This document shows, piece by piece, positions 31,323 to 40,564 of a stretch of 64,000 nucleotides of DNA. The translations under genes and the position numbers were made by a program. The number at the start of each line of letters is the position of its first letter. Position 1 is the stretch's first letter. Origin of the DNA: an uncultured cyanobacterium (GTDB lineage Bacteria; Cyanobacteriota; Cyanobacteriia; Cyanobacteriales; Nostocaceae); contig CAVUDP010000002.1 in assembly GCA_963740315.1 (NCBI GenBank), positions 864,001 to 928,000 on the forward strand, read 5' to 3'. The notes beneath the pieces are model-generated. The model was given only the letters and a program-made list of their open reading frames with translations, was not told the origin of the DNA and did not search any database.

Positions 31323-31403
31323 AATACCGATGTTGAGTTACAACAGTTAGGAAATAATTTACTCGTCATCAAATAATTTACTTTCGTGTCTAACCCATCC
31401 TAC
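31323..31403 (-). repeat. REP-like unit B, copy 2
   Basis: Direct repeat of 30555-30634 (AATACCGATGTTG.GTTAC...ATTTACTCGTCATCAAATAATTTACTTTCGTGTCTAACCCA.CCTAC). Confidence 0.88.
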
Positions 31404-31510
31404 AAATCTATAAATCTAAAAACAAAAAAAAGGGATGCCGATCGCAACCCTTTGCTTAAAATAAAATGTCGATCGTTTACCCAAAATATTGATATTGGGT
31501 TAGACAATAC

Positions 31511-31867
31511 TTACTTGTTCAAGATAGAGCCTTTTAATTTTTCAACTGCTTCCATTGCTGATTTTGTGTCATCAGCAGATACTCCAGAGCTAGTCATGGA
31601 ATTAGCTAAATGCTTGGTAATGGCATCAAAATGTGGTTGCTGTAATCCCATTCCGGTGTGTGTTTGATCCATGCTACGCCCTTTGTAGTCTTTGGGGCCA
31701 CCCAGGATTAGAGAAAAGAAACCAACTTGGCGATCGCGCTGTTTTTCCATATCCGTATTAGAGAAAAAGCCGCTGACGCTGCTGTCTGCTAGAATGCGTT
31801 TGTGAAAATCATCGACGACTTTCTCAATAGTTGGCTGCCCGCCAATTTTTTCGTATAGTGAACTCAT
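31511..31867 (-). CDS. glbN: Group I truncated hemoglobin (cyanoglobin)
   Basis: SLYEKIGG, VVDDFH..I, FF..TDM.KQ, LGGP..Y.GRSM...H; 118 aa. Confidence 0.9.
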   Translation of the reverse strand: MSSLYEKIGGQPTIEKVVDDFHKRILADSSVSGFFSNTDMEKQRDRQVGFFSLILGGPKDYKGRSMDQTHTGMGLQQPHFDAITKHLANSMTSSGVSADDTKSAMEAVEKLKGSILNK

Positions 31868-32046
31868 TTCTTTTTCCTTTGAAGCGAATGTGTAGATTGT
31901 TGAATTACTTAACTAACTGTCTACTTGGTATTAGAATTCCCGCTTGATGACGGAAGTGTTGGTTTTTTGTTTGCCATTGCGATCGGGATTTCAATACTAA
32001 GTGTTAGGTTAGTATCTTTAATTAGCTTTTTAGCTTCGAGTAATTT

Positions 32047-32235
32047 TCAGAAATTTTCGATGCCTGCATGGATGTTTTGAGATGCAAGCAGGTTCGTATT
32101 TAAAGACAATTCCCAAGACTTTTCTTTGCTAAATTCATGGGTTTTATCCTCGCCTAATTACCTTACCCCATCAGCACGGCATTGACGACAGTAACGCATC
32201 GTTTTCATGTTACCAGCATACTTATTTTGCAATAC
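32047..32235 (-). pseudogene. nifB: Eroded internal fragment of nifB
   Basis: Hand translation: [38 protein letters not shown]...QNIHAGIENF*, matching recalled NifB [23 protein letters not shown]...EF.K.K...VH.GIEKF; two in-frame stops. Confidence 0.85.
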
Positions 32236-32462
32236 ATTATTTCTGCAAAACCATTGATTTTAAAGCTAATAGTGCATTTTGCAAGCTAAACAGTTTTCAG
32301 TAAAATCTAAAATGAATTTAATATTTGGAATTTTAAATCAATAGAATAAAGTCTGTTAGTTACAATTAAAAACTAATATATTGTTAGTATTCCTTACTCG
32401 CAACAAAAAAGGGCTGCTCATCACAACCCTTTCCAAAAAACCTTCTGATTAATTTGAAGCGA

Positions 32463-32840
32463 TTAAAACAATCGAAAAGTAAACGGATAACGGAATGGTT
32501 CATCTGGATTGCTAAAACAATGCAACAACGCCCAAATTGTCAATCCCCAATGTATCAAAAATCCAAAAGCGACTACGGGGAAAAATAGAATTCCGCCCAA
32601 ACCAAAAGTTAGGAAAGATAAAATCGCAATTGGTACTCCAACTACAGTTGCCCAAAACCAAACATTCAGGTGAAAGTTAATCGATTCTTTGGCATTACCT
32701 TTGACAACCGGATCGTCGGAAGTAAAATAAATGGCAATTGGAACGCCAATTGAAAACATTGTCGTACTAAAGAAAATCGCCCCATGACACAAACTCGATA
32801 GCAGTTTACGCTTATCTAAATCGTATGTAATTTCTTGCAT
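32463..32840 (-). CDS. DUF4870-family membrane protein
   Basis: LLS.LCH, NAKESINF.LN, FRYPF..R motifs, three TM segments. Confidence 0.82.
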   Translation of the reverse strand: MQEITYDLDKRKLLSSLCHGAIFFSTTMFSIGVPIAIYFTSDDPVVKGNAKESINFHLNVWFWATVVGVPIAILSFLTFGLGGILFFPVVAFGFLIHWGLTIWALLHCFSNPDEPFRYPFTFRLF

Positions 32841-33153
32841 CTGTTGGGTTCCTTAACTTGTTTTCTTATTTAAATTGTAACGAGTATATTCTCAGATTAG
32901 TATTGAAGTTTACCGTAAAAGTGCAATTTAACCTGATTTCCTTGATTTGACTAAGTTTTAAATCATTGGTAACTATAGTTGATGAGGTTTACCGAACCGC
33001 TATTTTAATCTAAAATAATCAAATTGTGGTGTGGGATAGGCATCCTCCCCCGTCTAATTAATTTCGGAATGTTGCATACTGATATTGGCTTAGTCAGTAA
33101 GGGCATATATATTTATAAAAAACCAGCACCGATTATAAATTAAACATCAGGTA

Positions 33154-34296
33154 ATGATTTTGAACGCTAATACAGAAAGCACAGTTTTGAATAATCTTAC
33201 TGAAATTGCCAATCAATTTAAAACACCAGGCAAAGTTCTTAAAGTTGAAGAATTTGGTCACGGTAATATTAATGGTACTTTCCTTGTTACTTTAGATTCT
33301 ATAGAAGAAAAGCATTTTATCTTACAAAGCATCAACCAAAACGTGTTCCACAAACCCGAATTGGTAATGCGAAATATAAGTACTTTTAGTAATCACGTGC
33401 GTCAACGCTTACAAGATTCTCCCCTGACTTCAAATCGTCGTTGGGAAGTACCACTCGTATTATTAACTCAAGATAATCAAGACCATTTTATTGATTCTGA
33501 AAATTCATTTTGGCGGGCAATTGGTTTTATTGATAACGCCGAAACTTTTGATACTATCAAAGATAACAAACACGCGAGTGAAGTTGGTTACGCTTTGGGA
33601 ATGTTTCATAACTTGATCGGCGATTTGCCTGTAGAAAAATTAGCCGATACTCTACCAGGATTTCACGTTACACCTATTTATCTAAAACAATACGAAAATG
33701 TAGAGATGCAATATAATGCGTCTTCTAAATCTGCCGAAGTCGAATACTGCTTGCAATTCATCGATCGCCGCAAAAATTGGGCGCACGTCTTAGAAAATGC
33801 TCAAATGCAAAAACGTCTGCGTTTGCGTGCCATTCACGGCGATCCGAAGGTGAATAATGTGATGATTGATACTACTACCGGGCAAGCTGTCAGTATTATC
33901 GATTTGGATACCGTTAAACCGGGATTGGTACATTACGATATTGGCGATTGTTTGCGCTCTGGCTGCAATGCTTTGGGTGAAGAAACCCAACATTGGGAAA
34001 TGGTAACTTTCGATATGGATATTTGTCAGTCACTTTTAGGAGGTTATTTTCGTGTTGCTTCATATTTTCTAACTGAAAGCGACTATATATATATGTACGA
34101 TGCGATTCGTTTGATTGCTTTTGAATTAGGATTGAGATTTTTTACCGATTACTTGGCAGGTAACGTTTATTTCAAAGTTAAATATCCAGAACATAATTTA
34201 GCTAGAGCATTAGTACAATTCAAGCTTACCGAAAGTATTGAAACGCAAGAAAATGTGATTCGGAAAATTATATCAAGTTTTGGTGATAGAAACTGA
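33154..34296 (+). CDS. APH-superfamily kinase (N-acetylhexosamine kinase-like)
   Basis: G.GNIN.TF, HGDPKVNN, IDLDTVKPG, RF.TDYL.G..YFK. Confidence 0.85.
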   Translation: MILNANTESTVLNNLTEIANQFKTPGKVLKVEEFGHGNINGTFLVTLDSIEEKHFILQSINQNVFHKPELVMRNISTFSNHVRQRLQDSPLTSNRRWEVPLVLLTQDNQDHFIDSENSFWRAIGFIDNAETFDTIKDNKHASEVGYALGMFHNLIGDLPVEKLADTLPGFHVTPIYLKQYENVEMQYNASSKSAEVEYCLQFIDRRKNWAHVLENAQMQKRLRLRAIHGDPKVNNVMIDTTTGQAVSIIDLDTVKPGLVHYDIGDCLRSGCNALGEETQHWEMVTFDMDICQSLLGGYFRVASYFLTESDYIYMYDAIRLIAFELGLRFFTDYLAGNVYFKVKYPEHNLARALVQFKLTESIETQENVIRKIISSFGDRN

Positions 34297-34301
34297 ATAC
34301 A

Positions 34302-34835
34302 ATGAAAAAAAATACTTTTTCTCTACAGCCATTTCAACCGACGAAAGCTGATTTGCAAATTACAGGTGAAATTACTAGAGATAATAATATATTAACTGTT
34401 TATTATAGGCTTAAAGGTGATTTGGAAGAAATTGAAATACCGACTGTAGAAAGACTTCCAATCCGTAAAAATGAATTATGGAAAACAACCTGTTTTGAGT
34501 TTTTTTTAGGAATTAAAGATACTCCTTTTTATTGGGAATTTAACCTTTCCCCAGGTGGAGATTGGAATATATATTTTTTTGAGGATTACCGACATTCAAT
34601 GCAACTAGAAGATAAATTTGAATCGTTTCCATTTAATATTTTGCGCGATTCTAATGCCTTGTACTTAAGATTGGAATTTAATCTAGATTGTTTAGTTTCT
34701 ATAATAGAAAACCTTGATGTTTCCATTACTACTGTGATTAAAAGCAAAGAAGGTAATATTAGTTACTGGGCGCTAAAACATTGTGGTGAAGAAGCGGATT
34801 TTCATCTGCGAGATAGTTTTGTATTTGGTGTGTAA
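34302..34835 (+). CDS. DOMON-like domain protein
   Basis: LWKTTCFEFF, YWEFNLSP.G.WN.Y.F..YR, YWAL.H...ADFH; coupled to the kinase. Confidence 0.8.
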   Translation: MKKNTFSLQPFQPTKADLQITGEITRDNNILTVYYRLKGDLEEIEIPTVERLPIRKNELWKTTCFEFFLGIKDTPFYWEFNLSPGGDWNIYFFEDYRHSMQLEDKFESFPFNILRDSNALYLRLEFNLDCLVSIIENLDVSITTVIKSKEGNISYWALKHCGEEADFHLRDSFVFGV

Positions 34836-34838
34836 TAA

Positions 34839-35810
34839 TCAACCACCAAACATTCTATCAATATCATCCCCTACCGAAGCACCATGACGAGAGTTAACCC
34901 GCAAGGATGTTTGATTTGCAGATAAATTATAAGTTAAAGGTTGAGTTTGAACTAAATTTTCTTTTCCTTCCTCTATCAAAACTTCGGCAGGATACTTTTT
35001 CATAACAGCTTTGATTGCGGTAATTCTTTCTTCTACAGTGGGATGGTTGTCATCAAATTTAACTCCCGAAGTCCGATTGAGTACCGACATTGCACGCAAA
35101 CATCCTTGTTTATTGAAACCTGCTTTAACAGAAGCGAGATAAGCAAGTTTATCCGCTTCAAATTCATCTTTTCTACTTTGTTTTTCGATAGTTTCTTCTA
35201 ATTCTGCCGTCTTTTTATCTACAATTGCATTGATACGTCTTTGCTGTTTTCTGAATCTTCTGCTATTTTGATTGCTCAAAACACCATTAACAACAGTACC
35301 AATAGTTCCTCCAATCACCCGTCTGACAACAAAATCACCCACCGCTGCAACTGGAGATGTTTTTCTCTTTCTATTTAAAACGGATTGTGCTGCTTCTTCT
35401 CTAATCTCAGCAATTAATTCTGCTTTTTCAACATTGGTAATAACTTGATGGCGTTGCTTGTGGTGCGCCATTTCATGACTAATCATACAGGCTAAAGCCG
35501 AAGCATCGCCACCCAATTGTTCTAACGCGCCATTATAAATAGGTATGAGATTGGCATTTTTAGCAAAAGCTTGGGTATCATATTTAGCAACTCTAACAAT
35601 TTGCCAAGGGCGAGTATCGTATTCCGACGCACGCGCTATCCTATCGACTATGCGATAAAGTGCGTAAAAGTCTGGCGGTAGTTGTGTTTTAGCGTTTTGA
35701 TAAATAGAATTACTTTCTGAAGTTGCTTTCACCTCAGTTGTCAGTGCAGTGGAGAATAGCAAGCATAAGCAAGTCAGAGTAGCTGGCAACCTAATTTTTA
35801 ATACACTCAT
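34839..35810 (-). CDS. Exported M48-family metallopeptidase
   Basis: Signal peptide, HEMAH, EFEADKL, HP..EERI. Confidence 0.85.
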   Translation of the reverse strand: MSVLKIRLPATLTCLCLLFSTALTTEVKATSESNSIYQNAKTQLPPDFYALYRIVDRIARASEYDTRPWQIVRVAKYDTQAFAKNANLIPIYNGALEQLGGDASALACMISHEMAHHKQRHQVITNVEKAELIAEIREEAAQSVLNRKRKTSPVAAVGDFVVRRVIGGTIGTVVNGVLSNQNSRRFRKQQRRINAIVDKKTAELEETIEKQSRKDEFEADKLAYLASVKAGFNKQGCLRAMSVLNRTSGVKFDDNHPTVEERITAIKAVMKKYPAEVLIEEGKENLVQTQPLTYNLSANQTSLRVNSRHGASVGDDIDRMFGG

Positions 35811-36085
35811 TGATACTGTTTTGATTTTCTACATACGTTATTTTTATAGCTTCATTGTATTGAAATAATTACAGGATTAGTGTGCGTGTAATTACTTAAA
35901 ATAGAATATTGGGCTTTTTTTATTTTTGGGGGGGGTTTGCTGGCTTGCTATTAATAAGAAGTAGGGTTATTAACAGGAAGTAGGATTATTTTTAGGAAGT
36001 AGGAGTCGGATTATTACTAGGGAGCGAGACGCTCCCACTACAAGTTCATGCGGTAAAATTCTTCGTAAAGTCAACACATGACAAT

Positions 36086-36646
36086 ATGCCCAAACTGCCC
36101 CCAAAAGACTACATTCAAACCGTTCCCTTTCCTACCGAGATTAGCTTACAACCCATCGGCGTAGTGCGATCGCCATACAAGGAAAGACATGGAACCCCCA
36201 GACAGTCGCAACTTCAAGCCGCACCGTCAAATTATCAACCGGCGATCGCGCAAATTGAACTTTTCGACACCATACCCCAAGAAGCACTCAAAGACATGGA
36301 AGGCTTCGAGCGGATTTGGGTAATTGCATGGTTGCATTTAAATAAACATTGGAATCCTACCGTAATTATTCCACGCGGTCCGCGCATTCGCCGAGGAACT
36401 TTAGCAACTCGCGCACCCCATCGTCCTAATCCTATCGGACTTAGCGCACCAAAACTAATAAAAATAGAAGGTTTAATTTTATATGTAGAAGGAATTGATT
36501 TACTTGATAACACACCAGTATTAGATATTAAACCTTATGTAAGTTACTGCGATGCTTTCCCCGATGCAAAATGCGGTTATGTTGATGAAATAGAAGAAAC
36601 TTCTCAACATGAAATAGACGTGTTTGGAAAAACAAACCCCAAATAG
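36086..36646 (+). CDS. trmO: tRNA m6t6A37 methyltransferase TrmO/TsaA
   Basis: PIG.VRSPY....GTPRQ, ATR.PHRPNPIGLS, DLLD.TPVLDIKPY. Confidence 0.9.
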   Translation: MPKLPPKDYIQTVPFPTEISLQPIGVVRSPYKERHGTPRQSQLQAAPSNYQPAIAQIELFDTIPQEALKDMEGFERIWVIAWLHLNKHWNPTVIIPRGPRIRRGTLATRAPHRPNPIGLSAPKLIKIEGLILYVEGIDLLDNTPVLDIKPYVSYCDAFPDAKCGYVDEIEETSQHEIDVFGKTNPK

Positions 36647-36845
36647 ATTTTAGATTTTAGATTTTGGATTTTGGATTTTGAAAAAAATAACTCATATAAA
36701 AACTCTGCGTACCTTTGCGCTTAACTTCGCGTTCCTCTGCGTTAAAAAATCTTATTCCTAATTAATTTGACAAACGCCAAACCTTAATTGATTTATTACC
36801 ACTACTACTTATTACATTAGTGTATTGTATAAGTAATATTTCATA

Positions 36846-36904
36846 GTTCGTAGTAAGGGCTTTAGCCCTTTTAAAAATCTTGATGCTAAAACGCAACTAC
36901 AAAC
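36846..36904. repeat. REP-like palindrome, GTTCGTAGTAAGGGC family
   Basis: Same arms as 4970-5025. Confidence 0.7.
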
Positions 36905-37018
36905 CGATATTATATTCTGTATAATTTAAATTCTTATCAATAGCAATATATCTTACTTGTTTCCCATCCCCAGCAAGGCGATAATTACTCCATAAATTTT
37001 GATTTACGGGTAGAAGCG

Positions 37019-38191
37019 ATGCAGTACGATTTTCAACAACTAGCTCAACTTTACAAAAACACTCTCCTCAACGATGTTCTACCATTTTGGGAAAACCATT
37101 CGGTAGATTGGGAAAAAGGCGGTTATTTCACTTGTTTAGATAGAACTGGTAAAGTCTTTGATACTGACAAGTTTATTTGGTTGCAAAATCGTCAGGTGTG
37201 GTTATTCTCCATGCTTTATAACCAACTAGAGAAGCGAGAAGTTTGGTTGAAAATTGCTGCAAATGGTGCGAATTTCCTTGCAGAAAACGGCAGAGATGAA
37301 GAAGGTAACTGGTATTTTTCTTTAACCCGTGAAGGTAAACCGTTAATACAGCCTTACAATATATTTTCCGATTGTTTTGCAGCAATGGCGTTTAGTCAAT
37401 ATGCTCTCGCTTCCGGAGAAGAATCAGCGAAAAATGTGGCATTGCAGGCTTATAATAACGTTTTACGTCGTCAAGAAAATCCCAAAGGTAAATATAATAA
37501 GGCTTATCCCGGTACTCGTGCGATGAAATCTTTAGCAGTACCGATGATTTTAGCTAACTTGTCTTTAGAAATGGCTTGGTTATTAGAAAACGATACTTTA
37601 GAACAAGTTTTAGATTCAACTGTAGAAGAAGTAATGGGTAATTTCCTCGATAAAGAACGAGGATTAATGTTTGAAAATGTTGCTCCCGATGCTTCTCATA
37701 TTGATTGTTTTGAAGGCAGATTAATTAACCCCGGACACGGTATTGAAGCCATGTGGTTTATGATGGATATTGCTCAGCGTCGTGGGAATAAAGAATTAAT
37801 TAACCAAGCGGTTGATGTGACATTGAATATTCTTAATTTTGCGTGGGATAAAAAACACGGTGGTTTGTATTATTTCATGGATGCAGATGGATACCCACCG
37901 CAACAATTAGAATGGGATCAAAAATTGTGGTGGGTGCATTTGGAATCTTTGGTAGCTTTAGCAATGGGTTATCGTTTGACGGGAAGAAAGGAATGTTGGG
38001 AATGGTATAAGAAAATGCATGATTATACTTGGGCGCATTTTGCGGATGCGGAGTATGGGGAGTGGTTTGGTTATTTAAATCGTCGTGGTGAGGTGTTGTT
38101 GAATTTGAAAGGTGGTAAGTGGAAGGGTTGTTTTCACGTTCCCAGGGCTATGTATATGTGTTGGTTGCAGTTTGAGGAGTTGGGAAAATAA
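37019..38191 (+). CDS. N-acylglucosamine 2-epimerase (AGE family)
   Basis: [40 protein letters not shown]. Confidence 0.92.
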   Translation: MQYDFQQLAQLYKNTLLNDVLPFWENHSVDWEKGGYFTCLDRTGKVFDTDKFIWLQNRQVWLFSMLYNQLEKREVWLKIAANGANFLAENGRDEEGNWYFSLTREGKPLIQPYNIFSDCFAAMAFSQYALASGEESAKNVALQAYNNVLRRQENPKGKYNKAYPGTRAMKSLAVPMILANLSLEMAWLLENDTLEQVLDSTVEEVMGNFLDKERGLMFENVAPDASHIDCFEGRLINPGHGIEAMWFMMDIAQRRGNKELINQAVDVTLNILNFAWDKKHGGLYYFMDADGYPPQQLEWDQKLWWVHLESLVALAMGYRLTGRKECWEWYKKMHDYTWAHFADAEYGEWFGYLNRRGEVLLNLKGGKWKGCFHVPRAMYMCWLQFEELGK

Positions 38192-38288
38192 ACCTTACTA
38201 GACGCAGAGAGCGCTGAGGAAGAGGGGGAGAGGAGGAGGTATTTGGTGTTAATTTAATAGCGTATGTTTGTTAAATTGAAATGTTTTT

Positions 38289-38849
38289 ATGTCGGAAATA
38301 ACTGAAGCTTTGCAGCGGATTGAGGTGTGGTTACAAAATCATATGCCGAATCGCGCTGCTGAATTAAAACCTGGACTTACACGAGATGAAATTGAGGGAA
38401 AAGTTAAAGATTTACCTTTTAGCTTACCAGAAGAAGTTTATGAATTATACGAATGGCATGATGGAAGTGTTGATAGATTTCTTCTGGAGAACTATGACTT
38501 TTTGTCATTAGGAAGTGCTGTTGTAGCTTATCATGAATGGTTATCAGAGGTACAGTTCCACGAACGTAAAGAAGGGTATTTCTTTGAGAAATCTATTCCT
38601 ATTTTTCAACTTTGGTCTGAAAATGGTGTTCTTTTAAGTATCGTTTGCGAAGATTCTAAAAATTATCCCGTAAGGATGCTGGATATATATTGTAGAGACT
38701 TTTCTGTTCGCTACCGTAGTTTAAAAGACTTGATTTTACACCTAGCAGATTGGTATGAATCGGCTAAATATTACGAAAAAGATGACTGCTGGGAAGTTGA
38801 AGCAGAGAGAGAACGTTTTTTATCTAAAAAATATATGGCTGAAAAGTAG
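38289..38849 (+). CDS. SMI1/KNR4 (SUKH) family immunity-like protein
   Basis: L.PGL...EI......LPF.LPEEVYELY.W.DG motif. Confidence 0.8.
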   Translation: MSEITEALQRIEVWLQNHMPNRAAELKPGLTRDEIEGKVKDLPFSLPEEVYELYEWHDGSVDRFLLENYDFLSLGSAVVAYHEWLSEVQFHERKEGYFFEKSIPIFQLWSENGVLLSIVCEDSKNYPVRMLDIYCRDFSVRYRSLKDLILHLADWYESAKYYEKDDCWEVEAERERFLSKKYMAEK

Positions 38850-38866
38850 ATTATTAAAGCTGATAA

Positions 38867-38929
38867 AAGTATCATCTCTTAATTGTATATGACCCAGTGA
38901 AGGAGGTAATTGTACGGTGGATAAAATAA
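38867..38929 (+). pseudogene. xisH: 3' remnant of xisH
   Basis: Frame reads KYHLLIVYDPVKEVIVRWIK*, overlapping the xisI start; matches recalled XisH C-terminus LIVYDP..EVIV.WI. Confidence 0.7.
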
Positions 38930-39253
38930 CCAAATACCGCGATTGTGTCACAAAACTATTAACTAGTTATACTAGCGATGACGTTTCAGATAATGAAGTC
39001 GAAGTCCAACTTATTTTAGACACAGAAAGAGATCATTATCAGTGGATGAATGTAGGTTGGCAAGAATTAAATCGTATTTATCGATGCGTGATGCATTTCG
39101 ATATTAAAGATGAAAAAATATGGCTTCAGCAGAATTTGACGGATTTAAACCCGGCTGAGGAATTAGTTGAAATGGGAATACCTAGAGAGGATATTGTGCT
39201 GGGATTGCAAGCTCCGTCTTAATCGACAATATACCGATTATGGTGTTGCTTGA
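38917..39253 (+). pseudogene. xisI: XisI-family gene with +1 frameshift near the 3' end
   Basis: ORF stops at GLQAPS* (39222); the expected tail RQYTDYGVA* continues in the +1 frame to 39253. Confidence 0.75.
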
Positions 39254-39361
39254 AAATGTAATTTATACAGAACGCGATTTTATGCGATCGCCATTTTTTC
39301 AACTAAAATTAGATTCATATAGATTCAAAGTCTTCTCAAACCGGAATCAACAATAATAATT

Positions 39362-39589
39362 ATGTCATCCCCAGCGATCGCGACTGTACTTAAGATGATT
39401 GAATCTCTACCGGAAAATGCACAAAATCGTGTTTTAGAACATCTCCGAGAATATATTCAGGATTTAGAAGAGGAATTAAAATGGGAAAAGTCGTTTAAGA
39501 AAACGCAACCGAATTTAATTGCTGCTGGTAAACGTGCGAAAAAAGAAATTGCTGAAGGTTTATCAAAGCCAATGGATTATGTTGATTAG
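39362..39589 (+). CDS. Small helical antitoxin-like protein (orphan)
   Basis: 75 aa; IESLPE..Q..V.E.L..YI......E.KW..SF pattern; no toxin ORF follows. Confidence 0.55.
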   Translation: MSSPAIATVLKMIESLPENAQNRVLEHLREYIQDLEEELKWEKSFKKTQPNLIAAGKRAKKEIAEGLSKPMDYVD

Positions 39590-39608
39590 ATTGACTTAGT
39601 TTTATACA

Positions 39609-39944
39609 CTACATCACCCCATAACCTGCATACTTTCTAACATACTCCGGCTGCAAACCTAATACAATATCTTCCTTCACTACACCCATTTCTATCAACT
39701 TATCAGCAAGTAAATCATCTGTTTGATTGCGTTGAATCCAGATTTTACCGTCTTTAATATCAAAATGCATCACGCAATTATAGATACGACGATGTTTATC
39801 CCATCCTAAATCTACAACTTGATAATGGTCATTTTTCGTATCATATATAGTTTGCACTTCAATTTCACCGTTTACAGGCGGACATTTACTGTATTCTGTT
39901 AATATTTCTTGAATATACTGACGATAAAATTCTAATTTATCCAT
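39609..39944 (-). CDS. xisI: XisI-family protein
   Basis: D...DHYQ....GW, HFDIKDGKIWIQ, L...GV.KEDIVLG. Confidence 0.9.
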   Translation of the reverse strand: MDKLEFYRQYIQEILTEYSKCPPVNGEIEVQTIYDTKNDHYQVVDLGWDKHRRIYNCVMHFDIKDGKIWIQRNQTDDLLADKLIEMGVVKEDIVLGLQPEYVRKYAGYGVM

Positions 39945-39997
39945 TGTAGTTTTAGTTGTATAATACTAAAAATAAAAGCGATTTTTCACTTTAGCTA

Positions 39998-40564
39998 ATG
40001 ACAGCCTCAGTATCCCAAATTATCACCTTGGAAGAATTCCTCAAATTGCCTAATATTGAGGATTCACCAGCTTGGGAATATTCAGGGGGGGTTGCAATTC
40101 AAAAGCCAATGCCAAAATTCCGACATTCGATTATACAAAAGCGCTTGTTGAGAGTAGTTGATGATAATAGCGATGAATATACTGCACTTCCAGAATTGCG
40201 CTGTACCTTTGCTGGACGTTCCGTTGTCCCCGATGTCGCGGTTGTGGCTTGGAATCGAATTCAACTCAATGAAATCGGTGAACCTGTGGATAATTTTGAG
40301 CAAGCACCTGACTGGACAATTGAGATTCTTTCTCCCGACCAAAAAGCAAACCGCGTAATTGATAATATATTACATTGTCTCCAAAATGGTTGTCATTTAG
40401 GATGGTTAATAGATCCAGATGATTATTCAATATTGATTTTTACTCCGCAACTAGAACCCAAAATTTGTAGAGGTAGTACTCAACTCAAAGTATTAGAAGG
40501 AATTGATTTAACTTTAAGTGCAGAAGAAGTTTTTGGGTGGTTAAAAGTGCTTGAAAGAAAGTGA
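39998..40564 (+). CDS. Uma2-family endonuclease
   Basis: TLEEFL, PMP...HS, VPDVAV, PDW.IEILSP, GWLIDP. Confidence 0.9.
   Translation: MTASVSQIITLEEFLKLPNIEDSPAWEYSGGVAIQKPMPKFRHSIIQKRLLRVVDDNSDEYTALPELRCTFAGRSVVPDVAVVAWNRIQLNEIGEPVDNFEQAPDWTIEILSPDQKANRVIDNILHCLQNGCHLGWLIDPDDYSILIFTPQLEPKICRGSTQLKVLEGIDLTLSAEEVFGWLKVLERK

Noticed and set aside
28808..31403. CRISPR array or classical integron
   Set aside because: Units are 70-112 bp, separated by whole genes and in both orientations; no cas genes, no tyrosine integrase and no attC RYYYAAC/GTTRRRY structure recognised.
32102..32138. Leader peptide upstream of glbN starting GAGGATAAAACCCATG
   Set aside because: Only about 12 codons long; the region is better explained as the nifB remnant in another frame.
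38917..39944. Heterocyst fdxN-type excision element implied by xisI
   Set aside because: No XisF-type recombinase and no intact xisH; XisI paralogues are widely dispersed in these genomes.
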